DNA from: Octopus sinensis
Lineage: Eukaryota
DNA: 64,000 nt
NCBI RefSeq assembly: GCF_006345805.1
Contig: NC_042999.1
Span: 99,262,001 to 99,326,000, forward strand
Direction of reading: 5' to 3'
Shown: piece after piece, positions 25,676-40,086 of the stretch
Layout of the letters: every line of letters starts with the position of its first letter
Position numbering within the stretch: position 1 is the first letter of the stretch
Program-made: the position numbers and the translations under genes
Notes under the pieces: generated by a model
The model's database searches: none
Seen by the model: the letters and a program-made list of their open reading frames with translations, nothing else
Told to the model about the DNA's origin: nothing

Positions 25676-26153
25676 AGTCAGCAATTAATTTCCATAGTGA
25701 TAACTAAACTATTTAGCATTAAAACAGGCCATACATAAAATATTCTCCCTGGTCTATGTTGAAACCAGCCAGATCCAGACTCTCATACCTATGCTACAAT
25801 GTCATTCTTGAAACAAACAATCACAACATCGACATCATGAAGTAATGAGATAATGCATGATTTATTCAGAAGAATGTGAATAAATAAGCATTGACATTTG
25901 ATAGAATAATCTGAATGCTAAAGGGTCAAATTTGAGTATACTCTGGCATTGTGTGTGTGGTGTGTGTTTGCCTGAGGGTTTCGTTGTGCCATCTACCTCT
26001 TGACATGTGTGCACTTTCAAGTTATTCTAAGATTTTATCTCATGTCCCCATACTTCCTTGCAAACATGTATGTACATCAAAATGTACATTTTATCACGTA
26101 TTTGTGGGTGGGGGAGGGAATAACGTCATCTCATTAAGCCCTGCTTACATATT

Positions 26154-26187
<34 letters not shown>

Positions 26188-26283
26188 TATACACACATTC
26201 ATACATACATTCATACAGACATATAGAATACATACATATTTACATACATACACACACACACATATATATATACATATATACAT

Positions 26284-27000
26284 AAAGCTGAAGATTAGTG
26301 AAAAAGAGAACACCTATGCCAAACTATTAAGCAATCTGCAGTTACTCTAACCAGATTACAAGTTCAGGTTTTTACCTGTAATTATTGGAGCCCTGGGATA
26401 TATAACACACTGCCCAAATACCAATCTTGAGAAATTAGGCTTCTCAAAATCAGAAAGGAGAAAACTAACTCGAAGATTAATGTTTCAATCTATCACTGGA
26501 ACTGTAAAAATCTATAAAACTTTCCAGAAGTTTATCATTTAAATATATACGAACATGTCTCGATATGCAACTATATGCATGAGAATACTATCATAAAACA
26601 CAAATTTGCACATACATACATACATACATACATACATACATACATACATACATACATGCATACATGCAAACAAAAATATTCTGTTGTTGATGTTGGAATT
26701 CCAATGATGGAGCCTTGGATCTAGGTTAGAAACTGGTTCTTTCTCTATTGGCAAGAAATCTTGAAATAAACTGAATAATGACATACACACATACATACAT
26801 ATCCCAAGACTACAATCTGTCACTGGCACTGTAAAAATCTGCAATATTTTCCAGAAGTTTATTATTTATATATATCTGAGCATGTCTAGATATACATACA
26901 TACATACATACATACATACATACATACAAATAAAATACCCTGTTGCTGATGTTGTAATTCCAATGATGGAGCCTTGGATCTTGGTTAGAAACCAGCTATC
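26284..27000 (+). mobile_element. RLE-type (R4/Dong/NeSL-like) non-LTR retrotransposon 3' end plus a second short tail copy
   Basis: KLKISEKENTYAKLL..L..PDYKFRFLPVIIGALG...KFII*. The 3'UTR ends aaactgaataat near 26778, and the tail is repeated at ~26815-27000. Homologous to 45941-46750. Confidence 0.8.
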
Positions 27001-27056
27001 TGCACATATATATATGTACATAATAACATACATATAAACATACATACACACATACA

Positions 27057-27090
<34 letters not shown>

Positions 27091-27604
27091 CATACAAACA
27101 TACATACATACATGCATACATACTTACATGCATACATACATACATTCTTGCATATATGCATACATGCAAATTTACATGCATATTTGCATACATACATATA
27201 TATTTGTACACGTAATACATACATATATTCATATACACACAGAGATACATACATACATGTGCGTATGTATATATATATATGCTGCATTTAATTGATTGTG
27301 ATGATTCATTCCATCACTATTCATCCTTCCTTGCTCTGTGTAATCATTCAAGTGACTAAAGACAAATGGATTTTATATGTGTGAATTTGTGTGTATACAT
27401 GTGAGTGCATGTATATGTAACAATATTACTGTTAGTACATGAGCTTACATGCAATCCTGAATTATTGTATACTGTGTACATGAGTGTTTAAATGTATATA
27501 TGTTTTACAAGATTCCTGATGTGAAATCAAGTTTGAAACAGATATTGTTATATTTTTGTGGTGGCGGTGGTGGTGGTGTGAAATCATCCCGAAATCTATA
27601 TATA

Positions 27605-28000
27605 CAGGGTGTGATGGGTAAATTGTCACCATTTTATGTATTTGATTTCGTGCATGTGCATTGTTTGTCTTTGATTTTGCCAACTATGCAGTATAGTGGG
27701 AGAAAACAGCACCATGACACTATTCATTCTGCCAGAAATTTGGAAACAACATGCTATACTGCTTGGCATTAATACCAGAAGCTCCAATATGAACATTTCA
27801 GAGTGTTTGGGTGTCAATCTCAGAACAGTGCAATCTGAGGACATGTACCAAAAGTGATAAAAATCAAATATCCAGTCAACATCATGGTTTTTGGAGTGAT
27901 CACTTGTGATGGCAACGTTATGCCACTATTCAACTTCACACACAGTCTCAGACTCAACATAGTGGCCTACGTCATGTGCCTGGAGGAGATAATGCTGCCC
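27605..28000 (+). mobile_element. Tc1/mariner (maT/DD37D-like) fragment with left TIR
   Basis: TA|CAGGGTG terminus and the translation KYPVNIMVFGVITCDGNVMPLF..LRLN..AYVMCLEE. Internally deleted. Confidence 0.7.
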
Positions 28001-28490
28001 TGAGTCAAGAGGGTGGTTCAAATTTAACAGGAAGGTTGAGTTAGAACATGGACTCATGGTGAATAAAAGCACTTGTAAATTTATAGTTGATGACAAGAAA
28101 TGTCTGTCGCAGCCACCAGAAATGCCAAATCATGATTTAAAAAAATAGCCTGTGAGTCACTGCTGGACATTTGTCAGTCATTGAGGGGCCCAAAGCAGGC
28201 AAAATCAGTGGCAGTTCCATTGGTCATACTAGATGGTTCTCATCTGGGAATGATATAATTATGAGTGCTTTTATGTACCATGAATCCCTATGAGATCCTC
28301 TTAAGGTAAATAATGCAATATTCTGTGTCCCCATGTTCAGTTAGAGATCAAAATTGTCTTACACACACAAACACACACACACACATACATACGCATATAC
28401 ATATACACAGATATATATATTTGTATATTTATTACATATATATATCATCATCATCATCTGATATATATATATATTATATATATATACATA

Positions 28491-28661
28491 GGCATAGGAG
28501 TGGCTGTGTGATAAGTAGCTTGCTTACAAAGCACATGGTTCCGGGTTCAGTCCCACTGTGTGGTACCTTGGGCAAGTGTCTTCTACTATAGCCTTGGGCA
28601 ATCGGGCCAACCAAAGCCTTGTGAGTGGATTTGGTAGATGGAAACTGAAAGAAGTCCATCA

Positions 28662-28704
<43 letters not shown>

Positions 28705-28935
28705 GTGTGTGTGTTTGTGTGTCTGTGTTTGTCCCCCCCCCCAACATTGCTTGACAACTGATGCTGGAGTGTTTATGTCCCCATAACTTAGCGGTTTGGC
28801 AAAAGAGACTGCTAGAATAAGTACTAGGCTTACAAAGAATAAGTCCTGGGGTCGATTTGCTTGACTAAAGGCGGTGCTCCAGCATGGCCGCAGTCAAATG
28901 ACTGAAACAAGTAAAAGTGTAAAAGAGTAGAGTAT
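28491..28935 (+). mobile_element. Full tRNA-derived SINE (family A)
   Basis: Head, internal (TA/TG)n and tail as at 24911-25319. Confidence 0.95.
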
Positions 28936-29719
28936 ACATACACAAACACATGCACACAGACACAGACACACGTACACACACACACACACACATACACACA
29001 CACACATCTATAGCCTGTAGTTACTTCCACAAGAAACTATTTATATTGCTAAAGATCAGATGCACTCCCTTCTGCATTCTATAAATAATTAATTACCATT
29101 AATGTAAATTCTGTAGCTGACTCTCCTGTCTTTCTTGACTGACCAGAATTAGTCATTAAGACAACAATTGTCTCTCTCATCCCTAAGCGTGTAATTTTAA
29201 TTATATAAGATTTCTTGCCCCATTTCCACACTAGTGTTGACTACAATCTCTGTATGCATATATGTGTATTTATGTGTGTGTGTGTGTGTATGTTTCTATA
29301 TATACAAAATCAACATCATCATGATATATATGTATATATATGTATGTATATCTATAGGTGTATGTATATGTGCATATATAAACACTTATATGCATCTGTG
29401 TATTCATATATCATCATCATCGTCATCATCCCCATCATCATCCTCATCATTTAACATTTGTTTTCCATGCTGGCATGGGTTGAATGGTTTGACTGGAAAC
29501 TGGTAAGCCAGGGGACTGCACCAGTTTCTGATCTGATTTCACAACCTGATTTCTATGGCCTGATGCCCTTTCTAATGCTAACTACTCCAAGAGTGTAGTG
29601 GGTGTTTTTTCCATGCTACCAGTGTAGATGCCAATGACCTGACACCATATATATATATATATATTCACATCTATGTGTGTGTGTGTGTGTGTGCATATGT
29701 ATTCATATATATATATATA

Positions 29720-29880
29720 TAGGGAGAGTTTACGAAAAAAACAAAAGACGAAGACAGTTTGTGTACAAAACAAACAGATGTATTAGTATAACGCTCAGGA
29801 ATAGAAAAAAGTCTTTTGCATTTCGAGCCTACGCTCTTCTACAGAAAGGGACACAGAAAAAACAAGGAGAGAAAAAATGT
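29720..29880 (-). mobile_element. Short PLE pLTR-like repeat with degenerate HHR (29813-29848); family also at 42005-42200 (+) and 59360-59520 (-)
   Basis: Minus: CTTT-CTGTAGA-A-GAGC-GTAG-GCTC-GAAA-TGCA-AAAG. Confidence 0.6.
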
Positions 29881-30204
29881 TTATATATATATATATATTA
29901 AAACAGAAAGAAGAAGCTAATGGTTTAGCAAGATTTGATAAGGACATTCAATTTAGCTGTATAACAATATAATTTATAAAAAGGGGTATACAATCTCTAA
30001 CAGCTGTTTCTAGAATATTCTAGCTATTTGAACTTGGTGCTGATTGAGAGAATTCCATCAACAAGGAAGAAGAGGTTAAACAGATATGACAGCATGGAAT
30101 ATTAATGGCATATCAAATTGAGTAGTCAGACTACATAGCCATTAGTTTGAGTCATCTTGAAGAAAACACTCTCTATATATATTGTGTGTATGTGTCTGAG
30201 TATC

Positions 30205-30251
<47 letters not shown>

Positions 30252-30472
30252 CTATAATATATATATATCATCATCATCATTGTTTAATGTCCATACTCCA
30301 TGCTAAGACTGGTTGGATGTATGGATATATATATATTATATATATATATATATAATTATATATTATATATATATATATATATATGTATAAGGGTGGAAAG
30401 GAACACACGAGTTGATATATATGAAAAAACAAGTCAAAAATAGAAAATGCTAAGATAATTTTATAGTGAATC

Positions 30473-30516
30473 TTTCAGAACCGGTTTCGGTCATTTTGAG
30501 ACCTTTTCAACTGTAA
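30473..30516 (-). ncRNA. Minimal type I hammerhead (U3-A8 variant, GUU triplet)
   Basis: Minus: CAG-TTGAAAA-GGTC-TCAAAAT-GACC-GAAA-CCGGT-T-CTG. Confidence 0.6.
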
Positions 30517-31215
30517 CGATTAAATAATTAAATTTAGAAAAATTAGAAGAAAAGTTTTTTTAAAAGAATATTTCTGTAGTAGTGTTCAGATATAAGTAGC
30601 ATTCTGCCTTTCTCTGACTCCCTTGTTTGCACTTGTGTGTTCGAGGTCGTTTTGAGTTCTTGGTAGGATAGGTGAAGAATAAGGAGGCTGATGTGGAGAG
30701 GGGGTGGGGAAATCTGGGAGTGCCTTAATGGTCGTATTTTGAATGGTCAGTGGCTGAATGGTCAGGAATTGTTTATGGAATTTGCGTAGGCGTTATACTG
30801 AAAGACATTAGTGACAAGGTTAAGGGGTGGAAGGTGGAGAAGTAGAAGAAGAAGAAGATGACGATGTTGATGATGATGATGATGAAGAAGAAGAAGAAGA
30901 AGAAGAAGAAGAAGAAGAAGAAGAAGAAGAAGAAGAAGAAGGAGAAGGAGAAGATGGTGGTGATGATGGTGGTGATGATGATGACGACGATGACGATGAT
31001 AATGATGATGATGAAGAAGAAGAGGAAGAAGAAGAAGAAAAAACAGAGAAGGGAGGATATGAATGGGTGAAAGTATAGCTGTGATGGGGCTGATTAGTAA
31101 TGGATTCTATGGAGTGTAATATTTGTGTGTGTATATATTTCTTTTATTCTAAAGTTGAGGTATATTAATTGTTTGTCGTAGACCCGTTAAGAAGTGGCTT
31201 GTATTTTGTAATAAA

Positions 31216-32272
31216 GAGATTTTCTTCATCCTTTGGCATAAAAATATAGAAAAACTCATAGAATTCCAGGAAATTTTAAACGGACTGGACGTAAACATCC
31301 AATTCACGATGGAATATAGCCAGCAACAACTCCCCTTCCTCGATATCCTCATTAAGAAAGCTAATAATATAATAGAAACAGACCTATACTATAAGCCTAC
31401 AGACTCTAAGCAATATCTTCCATTCAATTCATGCCACCCCAGACACACCAGGATGAATATCCCCTTCAATCTAGCAAAAAGGATATGCACTATAGTCTCT
31501 AACGCAAACACCAGAGACACACGATTACAAGAACTAAAAGTTACCCTTATCACCAGGAACTATCCACCTTCACTTATTGACAAGTGCATTCAACGTGCCC
31601 TTCAACTTAACATCAAGGAACTGAGACATCCCAAATCAAAGAAAAACTTACAACCAAAAGCCTTACCATACATCTCCACACACAACCCTCTCAATAACGA
31701 AGCCTTCGACACCATCCTCCACAACATATCCCTCCTAAAAAAAGACCACAGAATGAACACAATCCTCCAAACACACACGATCATAAAAAGCAAAAGACAG
31801 CCTAGATCCATGAAAAGTCTCCTAACACAAGCCCGAATTCACTCTTCAACACAGAAGCCGACAGTAAAAAAATGTGGAAGACCCAATTGCGGGATATGCG
31901 ACTATCTAATTGAGGGATCAGAGTTCTCCTTCAAACAGGGACAACGGTTTACAGTGAAAAGCAACTTCACATGTGCTTCGGAGAACCTAATATACTCACT
32001 AACCTGCTCCGGGTGTCAAGAGCAGTACATAGGCCAAACAAAAAATGGTTTGCATAAACGAATGCCCTGCACAGATCCCAGATAAAAATTCCCCAAAACA
32101 GAAAAATAGCTTTTAGCCAACACATAGATACTTGCGCCAACAAAAAAACACCAAACTTCAGGTTTTCCCCCTCTACCAATTTAGGGACGATACAACCTCG
32201 AGACAACGAATAAGTAAAGAAAATCTCTTTATTACAAAATACAAGCCACTTCTTAACGGGTCTACGACAAAC
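31216..32272 (+). pseudogene. PLE RT C-terminus plus GIY-YIG endonuclease (frameshifted near 32070)
   Basis: IFFILW..FQEILN..IQFTME..LPFLDILI..TDLYYKPTDSKQYL..SCHP; CGRPNCGIC; NLIYSLTCSGCQEQYIGQT; C-terminal KENLFITKYKPLLN. Confidence 0.95.
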
Positions 32273-32909
32273 AATTAATATACCTCAACTTTAGAATAAA
32301 AGAAATATATACACACACAAATATTACACTCCATAGAATCCATTACTAATCATCCCCATCACAGCTATACTTTCACCCATTCATATCCTCCCTTCTCTGT
32401 TTTTTTCTTCTTCTTCTTCCTCTTCTTCTTCATCATCATTATCATCGTCATCGTCGTCATCATCATCACCACCATCATCACCCCCATCTTCTCCTTCTTC
32501 TCCTTCTTCTTCTTCTTCTTCTTCTTCTTCTTCTTCTTCTTCTTCATCATCATCATCATCATCGTCATCTTCTTCTTCTTCTACTTCTCCACCTTCCACC
32601 CCTTAACCTTGTCACTAATGTCTTTCAGTATAACGCCTACGCAAATTCCATAAACAATTCCTGACCATTCAGCCACTGACCATTCAAAATACGACCATTA
32701 AGGCACTCCCAGATTTCCCCACCCCCTCTCCACATCAGCCTCCTTATTCTTCACCTATCCTACCAAGAACTCAAAACGACCTCGAACACACAAGTGCAAA
32801 CAAGGGAGCCAGAGAAAGGCAGAATGCTACTTATATCTGAACACTACTACAGAAATATTCTTTTAAAAAAACTTTTCTTCTAATTTTTCTAAATTTAATT
32901 ATTCAATCG

Positions 32910-32953
32910 TTACAGTTGAAAAGGTCTCAAAATGACCGAAACCGGTACTGAAA
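32910..32953 (+). ncRNA. Minimal type I hammerhead (U3-A8 variant, GUA triplet)
   Basis: CAG-TTGAAAA-GGTC-TCAAAAT-GACC-GAAA-CCGGT-A-CTG. Helix I CAG/CTG, helix II GGTC/GACC, palindromic helix III ACCGGT. Confidence 0.7.
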
Positions 32954-33009
32954 TATTCACTATAAAATTATCTTAGCATTTTCTATTTTTGACTTGTTTT
33001 TTCATATAT

Positions 33010-33611
<602 letters not shown>

Positions 33612-33613
33612 AA

Positions 33614-34075
33614 GCAATGAGATGGCCGAATCATTAGCATGCTGGGCAAAATGTTTAGTGTCATTTCGTCTGTTTTTACATTCTGAGTTCAAATTCTGCT
33701 AAGGTTGACTTTGCCTTTCATCCTTTTGGAGTCAATAAATTAAGTACCAGTGAAACGCTGGGGACGATTTAATTGACTACTCTCCTCTCCAAAATTTCAG
33801 ACCTTGTGCCTTTAGTAGAAAGGATTATTATTTTTATTATTATTAATTTATGAAGATTAAGGCAGTGAGCTGGCAGAATTGTTAGCATGACCAGCAAAAT
33901 GCTTATAGGCATTTCATCCATCTTTAAATTCTGAGTTCAAATTCTGCCAAGGTTGACTTTGCCATTCATCTTTTTGGGGCCAATAAAATAAGTACCAGTT
34001 GATTACTGGGTTTAAAGTAAATTGACTAGCCTTCTCCTCTGAAATTGCTGGCCTTGTAACAAAATTTGAAATCAG
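33614..34075 (+). mobile_element. Two tandem SINE family B copies
   Basis: Both contain ttctgagttcaaattctgc.aaggttgactttgcc.ttcatc and taagtaccagt. Confidence 0.8.
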
Positions 34076-34489
34076 TATGAATTTATGAAGATTGATGTAA
34101 TTCTTCATGAAAGTAAATAATAAGAAGATACAGTTTGTAATAAATAGAAATTGGCTATTTATTCGACTGAACAATATTTCGACATTATGCTTGTCTTCCT
34201 CAGGTTTAAAATGAAAAATGTTGGCAGGTAGGTAGTTGATTGTCAAAAATATTACTTGAATTGGATATACATAACACAATAATGGATTCTTGATATAAAC
34301 TGTATATTGTTTTATAGTGTTTACATTTGATCAATAAAAAACAAAAGCAAAATTATTTAGAAGTAAAAGCTGGACAAACCAGTTGCATGCAAATAAGGAG
34401 ATATTAAATGCTGTCCAATCAAAAAGGTAATATTCTCAGTCTTAGCAGCCTTTTTTGCAACATTCCAGCTATAAAAAAAACAATACTCA

Positions 34490-34535
<46 letters not shown>

Positions 34536-34929
34536 CACACACACTCATGCATATGCACACATACAGGTAATAGATAATTACTTGCACTTTACCTGACACA
34601 TCCTAACTCATCTAAAAGAGACATTTAGTACAAAAGTGCTCAATAAATAATTCAAGTAAATTAATTAGAGCATGTGGAGGAGGCTAGGTGAGGAAGTGGT
34701 TCACCTTGGTCGATATTCTTATTGAGGTGGTACTTTTGGGTGCGCTGTATAAACTGTATAGGATTTGAGGCCATGGGAGTGGAGAACAAGCTCAAAGGCT
34801 GCCCCGTGTGGCACACATTCTAGCTACATCACTGTTAGAGCCACACTAACCTCAATGACAATAATTCTCAAAGGATGTTCCATGGGGGTGAGTTGGGGGC
34901 GTATCTATGCAATTATAATGTTACAAGTA

Positions 34930-35170
34930 ATAATTGTAAGATGGATTCTTCAAGCCAAGCCAACTGGCAGGAGATTTATGCATAAGGGTAGACCAAGAAC
35001 AAAATGGTTTGATGATATCCATGGTCTCAGTTGGTCATATTTAGGAATCTAGCTGGAAAGTCTAATGGTGGTTGCTTCAGACTGGACCTTATGGAGGAGG
35101 TGACTGAGGACTCTACCTCCATGGCCCTTCCAGGAATAGCGCGCAGAGAAAATGGTTGGATGGATGATTA
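34930..35170 (+). mobile_element. RTE LINE 3' end
   Basis: ILQAKPTG..KGRPRTKWFDDIHGLSWSYLGI..VVASDWTLWRR..LPPW, followed by a ggatggatga tail. Confidence 0.7.
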
Positions 35171-35918
35171 CCTTCAAAAACGTACTATTCATAATTTGTT
35201 ATACACAAGTAAAATTTAAAAAAACAAAATAGGCAATTCTTTTTGCACATTTTGTTCTTACACTTTTGGGTTTCGCATTTTAAATTCCGGGTGTAACAAT
35301 AAGTTTTGTTATTTGAACTTCAGTGTGACACGAAGTCAAAAAGATTGAGAATCACTGGGCTATGATGAATGGTGGAATGGATATAGACAAAATCTGAATT
35401 TATATGATATAAATTAGGCTGGATTTTCGAACTTAGTACATATGTTCTGAACAAAGTAAAACACTTTAGCAATAGAAATAAATATTTCTTTTTAATTATT
35501 AAACTGAACGTTTTCATACCCAGTCTAATAAGGAAAAGGAATCTACAAGGCACAGCTTCAGTACGTATGCAATTAGTATCTGTCTTTCACTTTTAATTAG
35601 TGCACTTTGTTTCCCTTTGACTAGCTTATATATATATAACGTTCAAAAGATCAGCTAAATTAAATACATGCATTACATTCATCATGGTTAGCAAACTCTG
35701 ACAGCCATTCTGACGACACAGCAGGCGTGGTATCAACATGAAATGTATGGGTCGTAACAAAAATGAACGTGACAGAATGTTTGACTAAGAAAGCTGACAT
35801 TCTCAGACGATAAAATCACCAAAAGTGCTTAATTGAGCTAAAAAAAAAATGAATTAGAAAAGAATTTTAACTGACTCAAGGGTGACAATGTTTGGCAATG
35901 TTTGTGTGGTTAAGAAAG

Positions 35919-36367
35919 GTGGCGAGCTGGCAGAAACGTTAGCACGCCGGGCGAAATGCTTAGCGATATTTCGCCTGCCGTTACGTTCTGAGTTCAAATT
36001 CCGCCGAGGTCGACTTTGCCTTTCATCCTTTCGGGGTCGATAAATTAAGAACTAGTTACACACTGGGATCGATGTAATCGACTTAATCCCTTTGTCTGTC
36101 CTTGTTTGTCCCCTTTATATTTAGCTCCTTGTGGGCAATAAAGAAATAAGAAAGGCGGTGAGCTGGTAGAAACGTTAGCACACCTGACGAAATGCTTAGC
36201 GGTATTTCGTCTGTTTTTACGATCTGAATTCAAATTCCGCCGAGGTAGACTTTGCCTTTTATCCTTTCAGGGTCGATAAATTAAGTACCAGTTGCGTACT
36301 GGAGTCAATCTAATCGAATGGCACCCTCCAGAAAAATTTCGCGCCTTGTGCCTAGAGTAGAAAAGAA
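35919..36367 (+). mobile_element. Two tandem SINE family B copies (35919-36149, 36154-36367)
   Basis: Near-consensus ggcgagctggcagaaacgttagcacgccgggcgaaatgcttagc...ttctgagttcaaattccgccgaggtcgac. Confidence 0.9.
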
Positions 36368-36713
36368 TGAGTGTGTAGTTAAGAAGTTCGCTTCGCAGTC
36401 ACATGGTTTAGGATTCATGGGTAAATGTCTTCTTCTATAGGTCTCCTTTAAACTAACGCTTTGTGAGTGAATTTTGTTGACAGAAACTGAAATGAAGCAT
36501 GTCATTACATAAATACACACACACAGGCATGTATATATGTGTGGAACAAAAGCACGCTAAAAGAATACAGTTCAGGGTGGCTTGTATTTGAACAGATAAG
36601 GGTAATGATATATAAGATAAATTTTTGATTGATATTGAAATTATGCTCGCTCCTAGAAAGTAAAAGCAGACTAGTAATTTGTGTCTAAATTCAACGTTTC
36701 ATCCAGACAACTA

Positions 36714-37971
36714 TCAGGTCATCCCATAAATTCTGTCCGAATTTTGAATAAAGAAACCAAGTAATCAAATGTTATATTTAATTGAAATTTAATCATCAAT
36801 GTACTTTCCCTGATTATCTATGACTTCTTTCCATCTGTTTACAAGCTTTTTAATCCCATCAATGTAAAACTCCTTTGGTTTCAAAGCGAAGGACTCTTAA
36901 ATGTCAGTTTCGACCTCCTCCTGGCTTGCGAAAGTTGTGTCCCCCTAATAATTCTGTAAACTATGAAACAAATGGTAGTCTGAAGGAGTAAGGTCGGGAG
37001 AATAAGGTGGATGAGGAATTTTTTCCCAACTAAGCTCTTCGATCTTCTGTGATGTGATCTTTGCAATGTGAGGTCGTGCATTATCCTGATAAAACATCAC
37101 TCCTTTTCGATTCACTAAAGCGGGTCTTTTTTTCTTCAAAGCTTAGTTCAAACGATCTAATTGCTGACAGTAGACTTGAGCATTGATTGTTGCGTGGTAA
37201 CAATTTAAAGTGAATTACTCCTTTGTAATCCCACCAGATAGAGAGAAGAACCTTTTTCCCATGAAGTTTTCTTCCCGGTTGTGGTTGAGCTTTTCCCCTT
37301 TTACCAAGTCACTGTTTACAACGTTTAACATTTCGATATAAGATTCATTTTTCGTCACCAGTCACAAGTCTATCCAAAAAGAGTGAAATGAGTTCGCGAG
37401 AATGGAGAGAAGAGCAGATGTCAACTCGACATTTGTGGTTGCTTTCGGACAATTCATGAGGCATCCATTTTCCAAGTTTAAGAACCTTTCCAAGTTGTTG
37501 AAGATGACGATGAACAGTTGTATGGTTTGAACTAAGCTTTATTGCCAATTCTTCAACTGATAATGCAGGATTTTCTTCAAGTAATACCGCAAGAAGCTTA
37601 TCATCAAGCTCAACTGGACGTTCTGTTCGATCTTCATCTTCAAGGCTGAATTCTCCACTTATGAATTTTGCAAACCATCTTCTGCAAGTTCTTTCATCCA
37701 GACATTCTTTCCCATAAACTGAGTGTATGTTTCGAGCCGCTTCGGCTGCAGAGTTTCCTCTTTGTACTCATAAAGCATTATGTACCTTAAATGCTCTTTG
37801 GATACAAAAAATTTTTAATTCTATTATTCTGTAAAATAATATTTAATTAGTTTAAATGTACACAAATGCATAAGAATAATTTTTAATTCCATTAGACATT
37901 CTAAAATACTATTAAATTTCATTCAATTTCAAAAAAAGGTAAAATCGGACAGAACTTATAGGATGAGCTGA
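36714..37971 (-). mobile_element. Full-length mariner element (1258 bp), degraded transposase
   Basis: TA|TCAGGTCATCCCATAAATTCTGTCCG...CGGACAGAACTTATAGGATGAGCTGA|TA. Motifs WMPHEL, TGDEK, QDNARPH, HPPYSPDLTPSDYHLF, broken by frameshifts. Confidence 0.95.
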
Positions 37972-37980
37972 TATATAAGG

Positions 37981-38650
37981 TTGAGGTATAAGGATGCAGT
38001 TGTGCGTTGGTGGCCAGCTGGAAAAGATATGTTCTAAGGGCTAAAAGAAGGTAGTGACATCGTCCTAATCAGGATTGCCACTTTACGTTGGCAAATAGAT
38101 TTTAATCTCTCTCTCTTTTATATATATATTTATATGCACGTATGTATGTATGTATGTATGTATGTATGTATGTATGTATGTATGTATGTATGTATGTATG
38201 TATGTATGTATGTATGTATATAGAGAGCGAGAGAGACAGGGGAGTAAGGAGAGAGAGTAAAATCTATTTGCCAACGTAAAGTGGCAGTCCTGATTTTGAC
38301 GATGTTACTACCTTCTTTTAGCCCTTGGAAAATATCTTTTCCAGCTGGCTTCCGACGCACAACTGCATCCTTGTACCTCAAACAAGGAAGCTAATGTCCT
38401 CACTCAGCCTTGAACGGTACCTGCGGACCATGGTTTCTGGGTTATTTCTCTTCGTCGCACAGAATAACCGTTGGCTAGAGATGGCAGCACTAGGCTTTGC
38501 TCGAGGTATATACTTTTAAAGTGACACACAACCACTGATCTTGTAAAGAGGAAACCAGCTGGAAAATATGTTTTCTTGGGGCTAAAAAAGGTAGTAAAAT
38601 CGTCCTAATCAGGACTGCTACTTTACGTTAGTAAATAAATTTTACTCTGT
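37981..38650. repeat. ~125-bp unit in three copies (+, -, +) with a (TATG)n spacer
   Basis: 37981-38107 is the reverse complement of 38257-38381. A third partial direct copy lies at 38555-38649. Confidence 0.9.
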
Positions 38651-39089
38651 AGTACCGTTACTACTTTACGCTTAGAGATTTAAAACTAATTGTTTTCCAC
38701 CTTACACACATACGCGCGCGCGCACGCATATATTTAAACAGTGGGAGATGCACATGTATGTATAACTATGTTTACGCGTGTATGTAGTGTATGTATGTAT
38801 ATATGAATTTATGTATGCCTGTATGTATATTGATCCTGTAAGACTGAGAAGAAACACTAAATGAATAATCGTTAACTTAAATAAAAGACTAAGCACAAGT
38901 GTACTGATGAAAGAATGACTGAACATTAGCGATACGTGCTAGAAAGGCGAACGTATTAGGTGGACTTATTAATGATGCAAATGGATGTATATTGTCTTGT
39001 GAGTTGTACACATAGGTGAAGACGACAGTGGGAAACGTGTGAATAAAGATATGAGGTCCGAATGTAAGTCAGCGAGATAGAGTATATTT

Positions 39090-39710
39090 TGTCATTTTTA
39101 CTTGCTTCAGTCACTGCACTGCGGTCATGCTGGAGCACTGCTTTGGAGTGTTTAATAGAATAAAATACTTTTACAAGCCTGGTACTTATTCTATCGGCCT
39201 GAATTGTCGAACCATTAAGTTACAAGGACATAAACAAACCAATACCGATTGTTAAGCGGTGGTGTACAAACAGAAAGACATATATATGCATGCATACGTA
39301 CATACATAGATTGATAGATACATACATACATACTTATGTTTTTATGCATGCATGTGTATGCGTGTATGTGTATGTGTGTGTATATGTATATCTATCTATA
39401 TATTTATCTATACACGAATATATATATACAACAGGCTTCTTTCAGTTTCCTATTTCTTTATTGCCCACAAGGGGCTACACATAGAGGGGACAAACAAGGA
39501 CAGACAAACGGATTCAGTCGATTACATCGACCCCATTGCGTAACTGGTACTTAATTTATCGACCCCGAAAGGATGAAAAGCAAAGTCGACTTCTTCTTTC
39601 AGTTTCTGTCTACTTAATTCACTCATAAGGCTTTGGTCGGCCCGAGTCTATCGAAGACACCCAACGTGCCGCGCAGTTAGACTCAACTACACAGCCACGC
39701 ATGTCCCTAT
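39090..39710 (-). mobile_element. Family A SINE interrupted by a family B SINE (~39440-39590)
   Basis: A-tail 39090-39270, B copy, then A-head 39590-39710, all on the minus strand. Confidence 0.7.
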
Positions 39711-40086
39711 ATTGAAGACATATTTTAATATCTTTCTCTCAGGAGAGAAGTACCCATCACCTCTTACAGGGCCACTAAATCTAGCGGAAATTTACACTAA
39801 AACCAGAAATCTGAGCCAAAAGCTTTCAATAGTGCATGGTGACATTCTTAAACTGGGTGGTAGATTATGTTTACTATCCATGTAGGCAAAAGCAGTATTT
39901 GAACTCAGAACGGAAAAAAATGGGAAAAAATATTGCAAAGAATGCTATCCGACGTTCTTAGAATTACGACAATCCGCCTCTAGATTTTTATTTTATAATT
40001 GACCTGAAAGGCAAAGTTGGCCTCGGTGGGATCTGAACTCAGAGAGAATCTAAACAAATAACGCACGGCAGTTTATCTGATGCGTG

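Noticed and set aside
30827-31078. Poly-Glu/Asp and poly-Lys ORFs (mirrored at 32365-32599)
   Set aside because: (GAA)n/(GAT)n tracts inside the PLE pseudo-LTR. No evidence of coding.
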